NCBI GenBank assembly: GCA_977016875.1
Contig: CDRNST010000037.1
Span: forward strand, 806,001 to 870,000
Source of the DNA: Pavona decussata
Taxonomy: Eukaryota
DNA length: 64,000 bases
Direction of reading: 5' to 3'
The notes beneath the pieces were generated by a model that saw only the letters and a list, made by a program, of their open reading frames with translations, was not told where the DNA came from and searched no databases. This document shows, piece by piece, positions 1 through 14,164 of this stretch. Position 1 is the stretch's first letter. Each line of letters starts with the position of its first letter. Position numbers and translations under genes: made by a program.

Positions 1-112
1 ACATAGAAATTGCAGCATCAGAAAATCTAGTATTATATGTATGAACATTACTCGAGTAGGTAAAGAAGTGACAAATATTGAGGCACAGAATTAGCAGAAA
101 AATAAATATTTA

Positions 113-2552
113 ACAGTTATTCGCCTCAGGCTCAGTAAATATTAGTGAATATTCCCCGAGACAAAGGCGAGGGAAATATTCACCAATATTTACTGAGCCT
201 AAGGCGAATAATAAATTGTTGTTTAGTATAATCACTCAGGTGATTATCAGAGAAAAACAAGAACCATCCAAAAAATGTCAATTTTGTTTGTTTGTTTCAA
301 ATTGTCACACATCTTTGTTTCAAATTGTCATGTCATCAACGAACAGACGTGCAGTCTGCCGATCACATGCTCAAATTTTTGATAAACTGCATGCACATTG
401 CCCTCAAGCAGAATGTTAGTATTCTTTAATTGCTGCTTCATTGAGATAAAGCATTGACTTCTGCAAATGTAAGTTGGGTTTCTCCGACCCGTTTACCAAA
501 ATAGATAGAGATGAATCAAGCTGTTTGGTGTAAAACTCAAGGATCACTTGAAAGTGTTTGTGATAGCACTTTATCGCACAATTTCTTGTTGATGGCTTTG
601 CCAGTTAACAGACTTTTATAAATTGTGTGGTTCCAAAAAATATCCACACCCCACCCACAGAAGGGATTTTTCATATGGCCCCCCTCCCCAAAATTAGCCC
701 ACAAAATATACCTCCCCCCCCCCCTCAGGAAATTCCAATTTTTCCGCACACCCCCTGGAAATAATTCTATTTCTAGTAAAAGCAAGAAATAAGCTTATTT
801 ATTGTTCAAGAGGCAGAATTTTGATGCTTACGTGTGTTTTCTAGTAAATTAGGGTATACTGTGACCAGCATATGAGCAGAAGTCGCGTGGTAACGTACTT
901 ATCAAAAATGCATATCTTCATTACAACCAATTCCGCTTCATTATCCTGACAAAACAGCAACTGTTCAATATAAACAAACAGATATCAAAATGCAAGTTCA
1001 CATTCAAGGGCACTGGGGAAAGAAACCCTTTTTAATACACTGCACCAGTAAAAACAAAACAATCAAAACAGTATCAAATTTCCACGCCAAATATTTACGT
1101 ATTTCCGAAAGAGCATGGTGTCTCAAATTACATGGAAAATATAATCTTTCTTGGCCTTTCACGAAGATTCCTCTGTTTTTAATGCTTTCCAATGAGATAA
1201 GGTTCTCCAACCTGTTCTTTTATAGTAACTGTTATTTTTGTGTCGCGACATAAACCTTCGATCTTTGATCTTGTCGGAGTTGCATACAGTGTAATTCAAT
1301 CTTTTCCCGCGACAATATTTAGCGTCCTCTGAGGGTCAAAATTTGACATGTCACCGATTTCGGAACTTGCATATATTAAGTTTTCTTTCATTTATGACTG
1401 TTTGACTATAGTAAACTGCCTACTCTGGAGAACTGGAAAGGCTAGAAAATCTTTACTTTACACTAGATTGTTTTCATTTAAAGTTTAGCCAAAAATGACA
1501 TTGCAAGCAGCACGCCTGCGTTCGAAAAGATTTCAGCACACACGCTGGAATGTTCCGTAAACCAAATTGTGTGAATAATGGTTTGTGTTACACAGTTGCC
1601 TGTGACTTTCTTGGGAGGCCTTTTGTAAATTATATGCAAATGTGATGATTTAATTATTAATACAACGTGATTTACCATGGGTATTGAAGAAATTTTTCCT
1701 ATCTGTTATGCGTTAAATATATTTAACGTTTCGAGTTAAAATTCATGAAGCCTGTTGTGAAGCAACAAGACGCTGTTTATTTAACTGATTTATATCGCAC
1801 GCGGCTTGTTAATTTTTTGACGAAAATTGAACATACCGGTCGGTCTGGAAAAAACAAATATATTATTGAACCCCCCCTCTCCCCCTCAGGAATTTCCTGG
1901 ACCCTTGACCCCCCCACCCCTCTGGAATTTCCAATCCCTTCCGTGGGGGAGGTATGGATATTTTCTGGAACCACACATTGCCCTTGGAGATAAGCTGCTT
2001 CAGGTAGGAATTAAGTCCTTTGCCATAATATAGCTTCACTAAACAAGTACATGGTTGTCCCAGATGAAATTATTCATGTTGTGAGGCAGTGACTTTAGAT
2101 GGTGGTTGAGAGCCAACAAACTAGGTTTCAGTATAGAAACTGCCTTCTTTCCTCCTATAAAAAAAAATTGTTTTGTTCGTGAAATCATTCAGTTAAATAA
2201 AGAAAATCTTGCACAAATTCAACTTATTATATTGTTGTTTTCATTTTAAGCCATCGACATCAACAACATTTCCACTGCAATTTACAAGGTTTTTTTTACA
2301 ATCAGCAAAATTTCACCCCGGACTTAGCTGCATCTTTAGTGCCTTTTGGAATTGCATTTTCTTTCATCGTATTTACTTATCCCTATTTACTTCCTCTGTC
2401 AGAAACATTAACAAAATCGCTAAGATGCCATTTTGAAAATTAGCGCTCCCACTTAATGACCTTGTGCGAGGTGATTATAGCCGGATATGATGCAATCCTC
2501 GACCAATCAGATGAACAGAATCTCTATAATCACCTGAGTAATAATACTAAAA
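113..2552. mobile_element. Non-autonomous element with terminal hairpin plus internal inverted-repeat pair (Crypton-like architecture)
   Basis: Hairpin ~117-210 (ttattcgcctcaggctcagtaaatatt...aatatttactgagcctaaggcgaataa), followed by tttagtataatcactcaggtgattatcagaga (~221-252), whose reverse complement recurs at ~2521-2550. Classification is inference. Confidence 0.55.
625..1976. mobile_element. Non-autonomous TIR DNA transposon nested in the element above
   Basis: TIRs gtgtggttccaaaaaatatccacacc / ggtatggatattttctggaaccacac; flanked by ATT on both sides (622-624, 1977-1979); C-rich subterminal tracts. A related short copy lies at ~50548-50732. Confidence 0.75.
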
Positions 2553-2580
2553 AGCGTACAATTTATCTTTTGGTTTACGA

Positions 2581-3648
2581 TGTAGTCACTTGAGATGTAC
2601 ATGTACATCGCGACATTTCAACGCCGCTTACTGCTAGTCACCCTAGGCTAATAGATACATTGGTATACAGCAACTTGGCTCAGTCTTTGTTGTTGTCCTT
2701 CTCCTCTAATTTATTATTGCTAAATTAGCACTGTAAAGAAGAGGTCAACTTGGTCATAAACAATTGTCATGTATAGTTCTCTTCTACACAACTCAAGTGT
2801 TCTGCTTTGCTGTTTTCTGCATCAACCAGAATGAAACTAAACCACAAATTAAAAATTGTAATTTGAAACACATTGAAAATTAAACGTCTATTAATCTGTT
2901 AGCAAAGTAATTAATTTTTCCAATCTGCAAAATCAAGGACAGCGAATCTAAGAAGCGCAATGAGGTTTTTTATAAATTTCCTTTTTCGCAGACGTTTGAG
3001 TCACTCTGTTCCTTGTAAGCTGAAGCAAGTTTTATCAATACCAATACAAAAGTGGTGACAAGGAAAACCTGGTAGCCTTTTCATGCAAAGCAAGCAACTC
3101 TCATCTAAATAATCCAAACTTACAAATTAAAGAATCATTGAGCAATAATGAGGAAACGCCATCAATGCCAGGAACACAGCCAGTACAGTCCACAAGGTGC
3201 AACTTCAAGTATCGCAAGCACGCTCGAGTACCAACGCAAATGTTCCTCACAGCGGCCTACTGCCATTTGCCCTGTTCGACCAAGGAAGTGTTGGTCTTCG
3301 CTGGCAAAAATGACCAGATGTTCAAAAAACCTGTTACAGTAATTAGTTTGTGTCAGGTCAATCCTACAGTCTGCAGGGGACTTCTCCTCACATATGTCAG
3401 CGAGGTCACAATGACATCTTTAATTTGACATGCTATCCGACACAGGCACCGACTATGCTACAGCCATGCCCACCTCACCGCTCATTTTGACCCAGTCTGA
3501 AACAAAGACATGGATATTTATGATTTTTGGCCAATAAAGCAAGAACCAGGAGAATCACTGCAAAACTTCCACCGCCACCTAAAAGAGAAAGCCATTCTTT
3601 GCAAATTCCCCAGCCAAGACGCAGAGATCAAACACAGATCATCCATCC
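2581..3648 (+). mobile_element. Truncated Ty3/Gypsy LTR retrotransposon fragment: putative 5' LTR, PBS and decayed gag
   Basis: LTR-like end ...TACA at 3048 followed by PBS-like tggtgacaag (3053-3062). Frameshifted gag-like peptide ...DMLSDTGTDYATAM/HLTAHFDPV*NKDMDIYDF..IKQEPGESLQNFHRHLKEKAILCKFPSQDAEIK/QIIH at ~3430-3646. The LTR start at 2581 (TGTA) is tentative. Confidence 0.6.
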
Positions 3649-3852
3649 TTCGGCATAGGTGTCACCAGTTTTATTGGCAATAAAATTTCTTGGTGAAACC
3701 AAAAAGGCGTTGCACGGGAGAACACGATAACAAAAAGCAAAACAACTTCCACCAATCTCTCTGGAACTTGATCTCTAAGACAGAAAGCTATTGTACAATA
3801 CAAGAGATTGTTATTTAAGATGCAGGAGCGCGACATATGCAGTGACAGAACA
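3641..3852 (-). repeat. 3' LTR of the BEL element (distally truncated or deleted)
   Basis: Aligns with ~10352-10554 (cttcg.cata.gtgtcacc.gttttattggcaataaaa...gatgcaggagcg.gacata) with scattered substitutions; begins TGTTC on the minus strand at 3852. Confidence 0.85.
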
Positions 3853-3956
3853 CTCCCAGTCTGTTTTTCTTTTTCTGGTAAACCACTTTAAATGAGAATA
3901 AACTGTAACTTTGCAAAGTGTGCACTAAATGATCTCTAGAGATATACTAAGAGGAT

Positions 3957-6900
3957 TCATCCCACGGAGGTCTTCATCTTCACAAGATCCTTCGCGGTCT
4001 TCAATAAAATCACCTCAGTGACTGGTCTTGTGTAGCTCCTAGTGAACCCATCTTTAGCCGCCACTAGGTCTACCTTCTGCACTTTGCCGTCTGCACTGGG
4101 ATAGACCCGAGTGGCGCGCGCAAGAGGCCAGCTGTTCCTGGGTGTTTCCTTACAACGTAGAAGAACCAGGTCTCCCTCTTCCAGGTTTCTTGACTCCTGT
4201 TGCCACTTCCATTGTGGTTGGAGCGTTGGCAAATATTCTCTTCTCCAACGAGTCCAAAACAGGTTGGCCAAGTACTGGACTTGTCTCCACTGTTTACTGT
4301 ACAAATCCTGGCAGCTGAAGCTCCCTGGCATGGCCTTGAGGCTCTGAGATTTCTGTGTGAGCAGAGTGGAAGGGGTGAGAATTTCTGGCATGTCTGGGTC
4401 TGTAGTAACAGGCACCAAAGGTCTAGCGTTCACTGTAGCCACGACTTCTGCCATTAGCGTCGACAGGGCTTCATGAGTACCATGCTTGGGTCTGAGGTCT
4501 GCGAGGATGGATTCTCGGATTCAACGGGTGATCCCTATTATCCTTTCCCAAACTCCACCAGCATGGGAGGCATGAGGAGGATTAAAAACCCATTCGCAAC
4601 CTTTATTGGCCAAATAGGACTGGATCAAGCAGTCATCCATCTCTTTAAGGCAGGATTGAAACTTGTTTCATGCTCCCTCAAAATTGGTTCCGCAGTCAGA
4701 ACAGAGCTGTATTGCTGGTCCCCTCAAAGCGAGAAATCGTCGGAGCGCATTGATGAAACTTGAAGCGTCCAGTGATTCTAACAACTCTATATGGATGGCT
4801 CTGGTTGCCATGCAAGTGAATAAGACGGCCCAGCGTTTGCTGTTTGCAGCTCCTCCCCTTGTCCTTTGTGTGCTAACCAACCAGGGGCCGAAAATATCAA
4901 GCCCGACATGACTGAATGGCGGAGCAGGAGTGAGGCGCTGGGCACGCAGGTCAGCCATTTGCTGAATTTGCTGATGACCCCTCAACTTCTTGCATTTGAT
5001 GCAGCTGTTGATCACACTGTTTACCAGCCGCTTGGCTCCAATGATCCAGAGCCCACTAGTACTGCTTCTGATCAACCCAAGAGTGAAATGTCACCCTTGA
5101 TGTAGTACTCTCTCATGATAGTAATTGACTAGAAGAGTAGTAACATGATCTGATGCAGGGAGAATCAAAGGGTGTTGCTCTTCATAGTTGAGACCTGCTT
5201 GTTCCAATCTGCCACCTACTCTTAGGAGTTCATCTTTGTCAACCACTGGGCTCAATTTCAGAAGTGGGCTTGTTTTGGGCAATCTTGCAGAGCTTGTGAG
5301 ACGATAAATTACATCCTTGTAGGTTTCATGCTGAATGGTCTGAATGATCAACAACTCCGCCTTGTACAAGTAAGTCAGAGAAGATGCTGATTTCTGGCTG
5401 AAATGGACACTTTGGACGAATGAGATCAGCCTTACGATTGCCATTGGGAGAACCTGGAGAAACAGCTGGACCCTAAACATTTTATTTGGCAGCATCCGCG
5501 TGACCAAAGTGTTAACCAGTGGGCGGAGTTCGGGGTCGTCCTAAGCAGCTTCGAGGGCCTCCCTGCTGACGGCAATACTACAAGTGAATCCTGGAGGTAA
5601 AGGAACTTAGGGTCCCTGTGCCACATACTGTCAATCAGATTCTGGGCATGAACTAATCGCGTAGTAAGATCAGCAGGGTTCTGAAGAGTGGGCACATAAT
5701 GCAATAAAATTATTGTTCGGGAGTTGAAGATCTCCTGATTCGTTCCACTTGATTGCTGACATAGAAACGGCGGCTTTTGTTGTTTATATATCCAAGGACG
5801 ACTCGACTGTCAGAGTGGAATGCAGTGGTCTCGAACTTGAGATCCATTTCTTTGGTGATCAGCTCTGCTATTTCAACTGCCAGCAATGCTGCCCACAGTT
5901 CAAGACGAGGAATACTCAATAGTCGTGGCATTGGATTGAGCAAGCTTCGCTTTCCCCAGCACAAGGCAACTTGAATCTCTCCGTCACAATGGATGGTTTA
6001 AAGATATGATACGGCACCAATAGCTTCACTGGATGCATCATAGAATATGCGTAGCTCACGATGACTGACTGCCTTGAAGGACGCTGACGTGTAGCAACAA
6101 GGTACCCTTAACAGGGTTAGTGCCTGGAGAGTTTGGGACCAATTCTCCCAACCTGGCCTTTGCTCTTCTGGCAATGGTTCATCCCAACTTTCTGGGTGGG
6201 GCTTGCTTGAGGTTTCTATCATGGATCTCAGGAGCATCTTGCCTCTCATAACAACTGGGGCGGCGAGTCCTAGAGGATCATAAAGACTGTTTATGACGGA
6301 TAACATGCCTCTTTTCGTGAATGGCTTCTCCTGGGAGACTTTGAAGGTGAAAAAGTCACTTGATATGTCCCACAGCACACCCAAAGAATGCTGCACCGGG
6401 ATTGTGTCTTTTGAGAGGTCTAGGTCGCGAAGGTTCTAAGCAGCTCGATCCTGGCTGGGGAAGGCTTGTGTCACTGCAGGGTGGTTTGAAGCTATCTTGT
6501 ATAGGCGAAGGTTAGCAGTAGCCAGCATAGCTTGTGTGCGGTGTAGTAGGTCTATGGCTTTGCTAGAATCAGCTATAGACTTAAGCCCATTGTTGACATA
6601 AAAGTTGTTGTCCACAAAATCCTTTGCGTCAGAGCTGAATTCCTGTTCTCCAACTTCTGCTGTTTCGCGGAGGCAATAGGTGGCTATGGCTGGTGATGAT
6701 GTATTTCCAAAGACATAGACCTTCATTCGATACTCAGTCAGTTCCTTAACCAAATTGTTGTCTTTGTACCAGAAGAATCGTAGCAGGTCCCTATGGTTCT
6801 CTTGAACGAGGAAAGAATGGAACATCTGTTTGATGTCTGCCATGAAAGCCACGGGTTGCTGGCAAAAGCGTATCAGGATACCAAGTAGGCCATTTGTCAG

Positions 6901-9900
6901 ATCTGGGCCTGAAAGTAACATTTTGTTGAGAGAGGCACCTTTAGTTTCGGCTGCAGAGTCAAAGACAACACAGATTTTTCCCGGCTTTTGAGGGTGGTAG
7001 ACACCAAAGTGGGGTAGATACCATCGGAGAGTGGTTGGGGACAACTCAGTGTCTCGTACAGTTTCTCCGTGCCCATTGTCGAACAGTTTCTGCATGAAAT
7101 CTAAGTAGTGTTGTTTCATCATAGGATTCCTGTCTAAGGTACACCATGTTGACTTCAGCCTCTTGAGAGCATCTTCCCGCTTATTGGGGAGGTTTTCGAT
7201 CTCTTTGCGGGGCGGTAAGGGTGCTTCCCAGTTGCCCGACACTCCCTTGGTCAATGAAGTCTTCATTATATTGATAAACTTCCTGTCTTCAACTGAAGGC
7301 CCAGGTTTGTTGCTGTTTTTCGTCTGTACGAAGAGTCCCCAGCCCCCAATCCATCTTCGAATGTGCTGTTTAAGAAGGCTTTCAAATTTGCCGACTGTCC
7401 TACACTTGAATCGTGTCGGATGTAGAACTGATTGGTATATTAAAGGCTGCAGCAAAGAGGGTTGGCCATTATCGAGAACTTGCGTCCTGAAGCAAGAAGC
7501 CTCAGTGGGCTTGTGAGCACTGTCCAGGCAGAAGTTTCCTAGGACCACCCAACCAAAGTCGAGGCGTTGAGCCCATGGAGCATCCCTAGGCCCATTTCTA
7601 GATTCATGGATCTTGTGGAGGGCTGGGGCATCTTTCCCGATAAGCAACAGTATTTCGACATCCATGTCTAATGCAGGGATCTTGTCCGCAATGGAAGCTA
7701 GGTGGGGATGGGCTCTGGCGACTGACTGTGTAGGGATCTCTTCTCCGACGTCTGGGATTGCATTGCATTCTGAAAGGGCAGAAAGAGCGTAACTAAAGGC
7801 ATTGTCTAAGGACTCAACAACAAGGTTGTGTGCACGTCTCCCCTGGACTTGGCTTGTCCCTGAGCAAGTCTTCAGCATGTAAGGGGTGGCCTCCCCTTCC
7901 AGGTCCAACATGTTGAAGTGCTTTGGCTAGGGAATGGTTGCTCTGATCGTCGATGACCACATAGGCTTTAATCTTGTTTTCCGGCTGGCTGTTCACATAA
8001 ATAAAGACTGGGCAGATCTTCAAGCACAATCTTCCTCTGGCTGTGTTTCCACAAACTTCTGTACAGTGGGCTGTGACATTGGATGGCTTCCCCCCCCCCC
8101 CCCCCCTTGCCAATAGGGGTCTGCTGGACGTTCTGGCTCTCATGCGTTTGGATCTGACCCATGGGGGGTCCTATGTGCAGTGCTGTGATGTGTGTTGGCG
8201 CTTTGGAATTCCATACATTACACTCCCACTGTGCAGTCTTTGGCCTGATGGCTACTGGAGGCAACACATCGAAAGCAGATTCCGTGTTGGTCTAGAAGAT
8301 TTTTTTCTTTCGGTCAAGGGCATGGCTCTAAAGGCGCGACACTTTCCAAGGGCATGGGATAACTTGTGGATGATGCACCACTTTGCAGGACCAGGGAAGC
8401 TGATTGCCTGTTCGTTGGCTCTGAGACCTCGGTCTCGAAAGCTGTCAGGCCTGATCTGAAGGGGGGACTTCTGGCAGGCTTGACAGGAGCCTTGGGTGGA
8501 GGTGTAGTGGAAGACCTCGGTGCATTGGTTCTTCTTTCTGAGCTTTCCATTGCCAGATAGGGATCGTTCCTTTCCTTCGCAAGCTCTTGGATGAATAAGG
8601 CAAACTCGCTAAGGGGAGGACAATCAACCCCATGCTGCGATTTGTAGCGATATGCATGCCTTTGCCATCTTCCTTGCACATCTTCAGGCAGCTTGATGAT
8701 TAATGGTTTCAGGAAGGCTGGCTCGTCAAGGATTTTAAGGCCTGAAAGTGCACCATTTTCTTTAGCGCATTGCAACTCCAAGAGCAGATCCCCTAATTCA
8801 AGTAAGCCTTTGTTGTCCTTGGCACTCAGAGAGGGAAACATTGTCAACTTGCTCAGACGTACTTGAGTGATCGCAGCAGTTGAGCCAAGCCTAGCTTCTT
8901 CCAAGATTCTTTAACACCCTCTGTTGGGTTCACTATGTAAGCATTGCGTAGACGCTGGATGAGCCTTTTAGATTAGCTGGTTGTATAGTCTTTCATGAGG
9001 GCTAATTCCTCTCTCGGACTTAATCTTCACCTCTCTTACCATGTTCTTGAAGGCCACTTTCCAGGTGTTGTAGTTTATAGGACTATTGCCAAATTCCTCT
9101 ATTTTGTTAGAGATAAGCTCTCTTGAGGCCATAAACTGAATAAAACTTTCCATGTGGTCGTCCAGCTTGGTGTTGTTTGGAGTAAAAGGTTGTGCTCCCG
9201 GATTCAGCTCTTTTGCAGAACATGGCTTTTCCTCCTTCACTGTAAGACTGGGCACTTTCAAGTTCATGGCACCAGAATCTTTGCTGCAACAATGGGCTGG
9301 TGGTTTTAAATCCACAGGCTGGCTGTTAGTATATCATTGAGTGCACTCACTGGGTTCTTCGATGGGTAGATCTCAAAGCTGAAATTCGTGATTCAGTCCT
9401 AGTTCTTCATCGATAGCTTCCGCTCGGGCCATGGCCACGGCCGCTTCCTGTTCCCCTTGAAGGAATTACAAGCGTGCTTGTTTGCCACATCTTAACCTTT
9501 CCAGGGCTAATCATAATCTTCTTGCCTTCTCTTTTCTTCTAGTTGAAGTGCTAGCGCAGATTTAGGTTTAAGTTTGAACAGTGATCTTTTTCTGCATCTC
9601 GGTCTTTTTTAACGCTACTGCTGCATCTCCTTTTGTATGCGCTCATATTGCGTTCGATGACAAAGATGATTTAGAAGGGCGTGACCCCGCTCAAGAAGAC
9701 GCCAATTCCTGCAAAAGATTGTTTTTCCAGTCAATTCCTTCGTTTATCGCTGGGCCTGAATGAGTTCTTAACGGGTCCTCATCATTGCTTCCAACGTTCG
9801 TCGCTCATCTTGGTGCTCTGGCGTGCTTGCGTGCACTGTGAATTCACACGAGTTCATAATCGCTGAATGTTGAGCACAAGACACCTATGGCTTTGCGGAT

Positions 9901-10245
9901 AGCTTCAACAGAGTCTGGAGTTCCCTTGAAATTGGAAAACGAGCGGACCGTTTTCTCCCACATGTTTTCGAGCTTCAGTGTATCTGCCTGGAATCTATTT
10001 TCGATCAGCTTCACGCTAGGTTTCGAGTGTTGTTTTGGCTGCGTTGATTTAGTCTGCTTGGCGGCATCTTCAATTTCTGTGTTAACAAGTGGAAGAAATT
10101 CCTTTTCCGTTTTTGTAGGACTTTTACCTGAGGCCCCAAGGTTAATTACTTTCGTAACAAACAGATTAGCGGAGGCTTCTTCTTTCATTTCACTAACAGA
10201 ACTGTGGTTTACGGTGTTCTTCTGTTTCTCGAGCGAGTGATCCAA
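3957..10245 (-). pseudogene. BEL/Pao gag-pol polyprotein broken by many frameshifts and stops
   Basis: Fragments in order: gag (8314-10245), Cys/His knuckles (~8170-8400), protease YVVIDDQS (~7950), RT with YLPHFGV..KPGK, GPDL, ADIKQMF, FGNTSSP and degenerate FYVNN (6436-7911), RNase H DASSEAIGAV/IPRLEL (5710-6396), integrase GLDIFGP/SDCGTNF/GGVWE (4470-5500), C-terminal FWTRWRREYL..GDLVL..WPLAR (3957-4454). Confidence 0.92.
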
Positions 10246-10295
10246 TTAGATGTCTTGATTGCTTTCGTCGGCTGGTGGTAAGTCCTTTGTTTCAC

Positions 10296-10554
10296 TGTTC
10301 TGATCCATCAGACTTCGATCCTTTAGTGATTAAAGCCACTGAGACGTAAATGCTTCGTCATAAGTGTCACCGGTTTTATTGGCAATAAAATTTCTTAGTG
10401 AAACGAAAAAGGCATTGCACCGGAGAACATGATAACAAAAAGCAAAACAACTTCCACCAATCTCTCTGAAACTTGATGTCTAAGACAGAAAGCTAATGTG
10501 CAATACAAGAGATTGTTATTTAAGATGCAGGAGCGTGACATACGTGGTGGAACG
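10296..10554 (-). repeat. 5' LTR of the BEL element
   Basis: Direct repeat of 3641-3852; tgttc (10296) ... gaac termini; followed on the minus strand by gtgaaac, as typical after BEL 5' LTRs. Confidence 0.8.
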
Positions 10555-13500
10555 CATACAATTGTATTTTTTTTTTTCTAAAGGAATTACTTACTAGACA
10601 AAATCTGTATTTATTTTAATCAGCTTTCGGAAATTGTATGATTTATAGTCTGTGGTTTTTGCTAAAAGAATGAAAGCTAGAGTGGTCCATGTACAGGGCA
10701 GTCCGGTGGTTCTGTGAGATACTACCATTGATATTAATTAAGCCAAACTTGATTTTTTCTCTTGATTTACAATGTGATTTGTGAGTGAAATGGCCAGGAA
10801 TGATCTGTTATTTGACAGCCAAATTTTTGCCCTCATTTAGCTTAGTACTTACTTGTTCATGCAAGTCATCAAATATATCTAGAAAATTTTCCGTAATGAA
10901 CTGAATATTTTTTTGTTTCATTTCTGATTCTCAATGTCCATGCGGCCAGTTTGTGAGTTAAGTTTGTTTTTGCAGGATTTGTTGACATTACTGATATGAA
11001 TAGAATCCTATACACTGTATCTAATCATCACATGCTTATTAATATGTTTTAAAGAATACTGTATTCATTTTTACAATATTTTGGTATAAATATTGTCAAA
11101 ATATAATCATTCAGAAGAGACTTTGGAAGATGCTTCCAGATTATACATTACATGACATGTATTCAACAAATAAGTTCGATGACACTTTTGGTGGGGCCCC
11201 TAGCTTTTTCAGTCGTCCATCAAATATTAGGACTGCTTATCGTTAAAACTGATTTATACCGTGGAGTTCACTTTTCAGTAATGATGAGCCTATGAGTAAA
11301 ACCAAAAAAATTAAACATCCAATGCAAAATCTGCAGATAAAATTCTTTTAAATTGCCCGCTGAGACAATTCTGGATTGAATCCGAACAAATGTGGGCTCC
11401 ATTTCCTCAGACTCCCGAGCATTTTCTGGTCCGGTGAAGTATATTTATCAAATCTGCTTATATTACCACGCTGCATTTGTTTTTCATATTGTAAAGTTTT
11501 CAACATTTTAGCAATTCAAAATAATTAAAAATCGAATTTCTGGCAGTGGACATCGTACCTGTAAGATAGTTTTTAGACCCAAATGTTCTAGGGTCTTTTG
11601 AGAAATGCATGGTGTTATTAATTTTGAAAAATGTATAGCTCAGACTGGGAGCTCAGAAGTTTAAAATAACTAAAAGAACACGACCAAAGTGCGTTGCCTG
11701 TTATAAATCAGTAAATCAAATAAAATCGGTATAATTATCAATCTGACTCATCAAAACATTTCTCTTTCTAACTTTTACTTCTTTCCACCAGACTGTTGAG
11801 GAGCGTTAGAATTAAGATGTTTAAGCGAGCTTAAGACAACTTTCTTTGTTTAGTTTGTATAGAGATCTTCTGAAGCTAATTCACTTCAGAAAGAGAAGTG
11901 TATTGAGCTTACTTACAACACAATATGTAATACAGGAAAGTCTTCGGAAAGTGTGGTTAAAGAACATAAGTTTTAACATCGTTTCGCTTGCCAATTTCTC
12001 GACTATAAGGTGTATTCAACTAAACGTTACCCAATACAGGTGTAGTGTTGTCTCAAAATTAAACACTGCACGTAAGCTTACCTCTTTCCGCCGATACAAG
12101 CTAGTCTGGACAGCTTGAAGAATGAGATACCTCGATCCTGAATGGGCTCTTCTTTAGATAGTCTAAGCTAGTTATTAGCTTAGTGTCAGAGAGTGACTTC
12201 TAGCGTGGTGACTAACGATAGGTTTGTTACTGTAAACATTTCTAACATGAAAATCTCGTCTTCGAGCGAGTTCATTTTGATAAGTTTGTCTAAATTATAC
12301 TTTACTTCCGCGTTTATACCAAAATTATACTTTAATTTACTTCCGCGTTTAGCTTTAGGCTAAAAGTTTACAGTTTTTTACGCCTGAAAATACTCACAGT
12401 GAACTAGTTTGACCTATTTCTTCTGTTCTCTCGACATCTCTTCGGACGCATTTGGTATCTGAGGTATAAAAACGTTCCATTTCTTGGACACACACCGTAT
12501 TTTTCGACCAACCGTACAATGTACTCCCTTCGATCCTAGTAATTAATGCACGTGTCAGGCACAAAAGCATGGGCTAAGTATCCACGCCTTGTGTGTTAGC
12601 ACGCAGTTGGCGTAATCATGTGAATATACCATATTTCACGACTGTTTATGAGTCGAACACCAAATTTATCAACACAACAAACGCTATTGCAATATTTACT
12701 GGGAAATTGCCTTTATTGGGTGAAAACATATTAATTCATTCTGGGGAATTTAATAGCGAAAACTCCCTGAAAAAGAATTATACAACTTCAAGATGGCGGA
12801 TACTCGTTTTAAGATCACATGATCAGCTACTTCGGAAAAGGGCCAATAAAATACTCTCTTTTTGCCGCCTCGTGACCAGTTTTCGCGCTTTTTATGGACT
12901 TGGTGAGAAGTTCGTGACAAAGTTTTGGAAAAGAATGGCGGGAGTTCTTCACGAAATGGGTCGTTTATATTCTTCGAATTGCAAATATATGGGCAGAGGT
13001 GTTGAGGATAAACAACGGGAAGTTTCACTGTGAGTAATTCACGTACATTCTTTATCGTTTCTGGTAGATTTTGTAACAAAGCTACGAAGCTTAGCAAATC
13101 AGGAAGTTAAGCTACGTTTCGCGTACTACGAAATAAGGTAAAATAATTAATACAGAGTGAACACGCTTGAAGATGAGTTTTTCATGTTCTAAATGTTTAC
13201 AAGTTAAGTCTTCCGGTGTAACATAGTTAGGCAGGAAGGCATCTGATTTGAGTCATCTAAACCAGAGTTTCTCCCAAAGCATTTTAAGCTTAAGCTTGAA
13301 TCTGTGTTGGCAAAAGAGGCAAGTACCATTTATATTTTTAATACCTACGCCCACTGTACTGGCTCATAATTTTTAAGCTTAAGCTCTATCCCAGTAGCTA
13401 GGCTAAAACAACACTTAACAATAGCGACCAAAGCGCTCTGTGAGTGAACTCGTGAATAGAGCAGGTTCACAAATGAAATGATATTTTGGATTATGTCTAA

Positions 13501-14164
13501 AGGTATTTGCTTCTTTGATTTTCGTCCCTTAGTACTTATGAGCCACAGTTGTTCGCTATTTTAGCAAAGAAACACTGCTGTCCCCGTTCTAATCAGTGCG
13601 GTTCGATAGATCAGTGTGAATGATTTTGGTTGCCTAACTAGTACGTGATCGAAATCTTGCAAATTTCAGTGTTTATGTTCCGGTGAATCGATCTTATTGC
13701 AATCTTTGTGAAAAGTGTTAGTTTCCTATTTTATCGTTAGCCTTTCACTCACTCCCAGGGCAGCAAATCAATAAAATCGATAATATTCGATAAAAATCAA
13801 CAGAAATTAGTAAACTGTATTGGAAATTGATAAAAGGGTTGGTTTTGAGTAATGGATAATTATCAGTTTTCAAATAAGCGTTATCGATTTTATCGATTAA
13901 TATTGAATTTATTGAAACTAGTTTCTCTTACAGTTAATCAAAATGAAATCAGCAAAGGATCTAAACGGGCTTGCAAAATCTTCAATTTTTAAGTTTATTA
14001 AAAGATTTAAGGTATTCCTGGAGGCTACGGTCACCTTCTCCGATTTGCAAGAATTTTTTTCTGCTTAAAGATAAACTTAACACAAAAGTGTACGCGGGAT
14101 TTTAGGTCAGTAGCACCAAAATTGACTGAGATACGAGCAAGCAAAGTTTCGTTTCTATGGCTGT

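Larger units (their letters stand above)
3641..10554 (-). mobile_element. BEL/Pao LTR retrotransposon, near full length, decayed
   Basis: Two diverged direct-repeat LTRs (~3641-3852 and ~10296-10554); PPT-like cagactgggag precedes the 3' LTR on the minus strand; internal gag-PR-RT-RH-IN order with BEL-type motifs. Confidence 0.93.

Noticed and set aside
4111-10240. Plus-strand ORFs over the BEL element, and antisense ORFs over NDUFAF2, the transposase and the Cys-rich gene
   Set aside because: Shadow frames of real coding sequence on the opposite strand.
10780-11630. Exon-like pieces after ttgcag/tttcag acceptors
   Set aside because: Stops in the candidate frames and no recognisable protein.
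12593-13097. Overlapping ORFs in a CpG-rich stretch with an aagatggcgg motif, perhaps a transposon-derived gene fragment
   Set aside because: No recognisable domain, and I could not define TIRs or a TSD for the 11.8-13.4 kb region.
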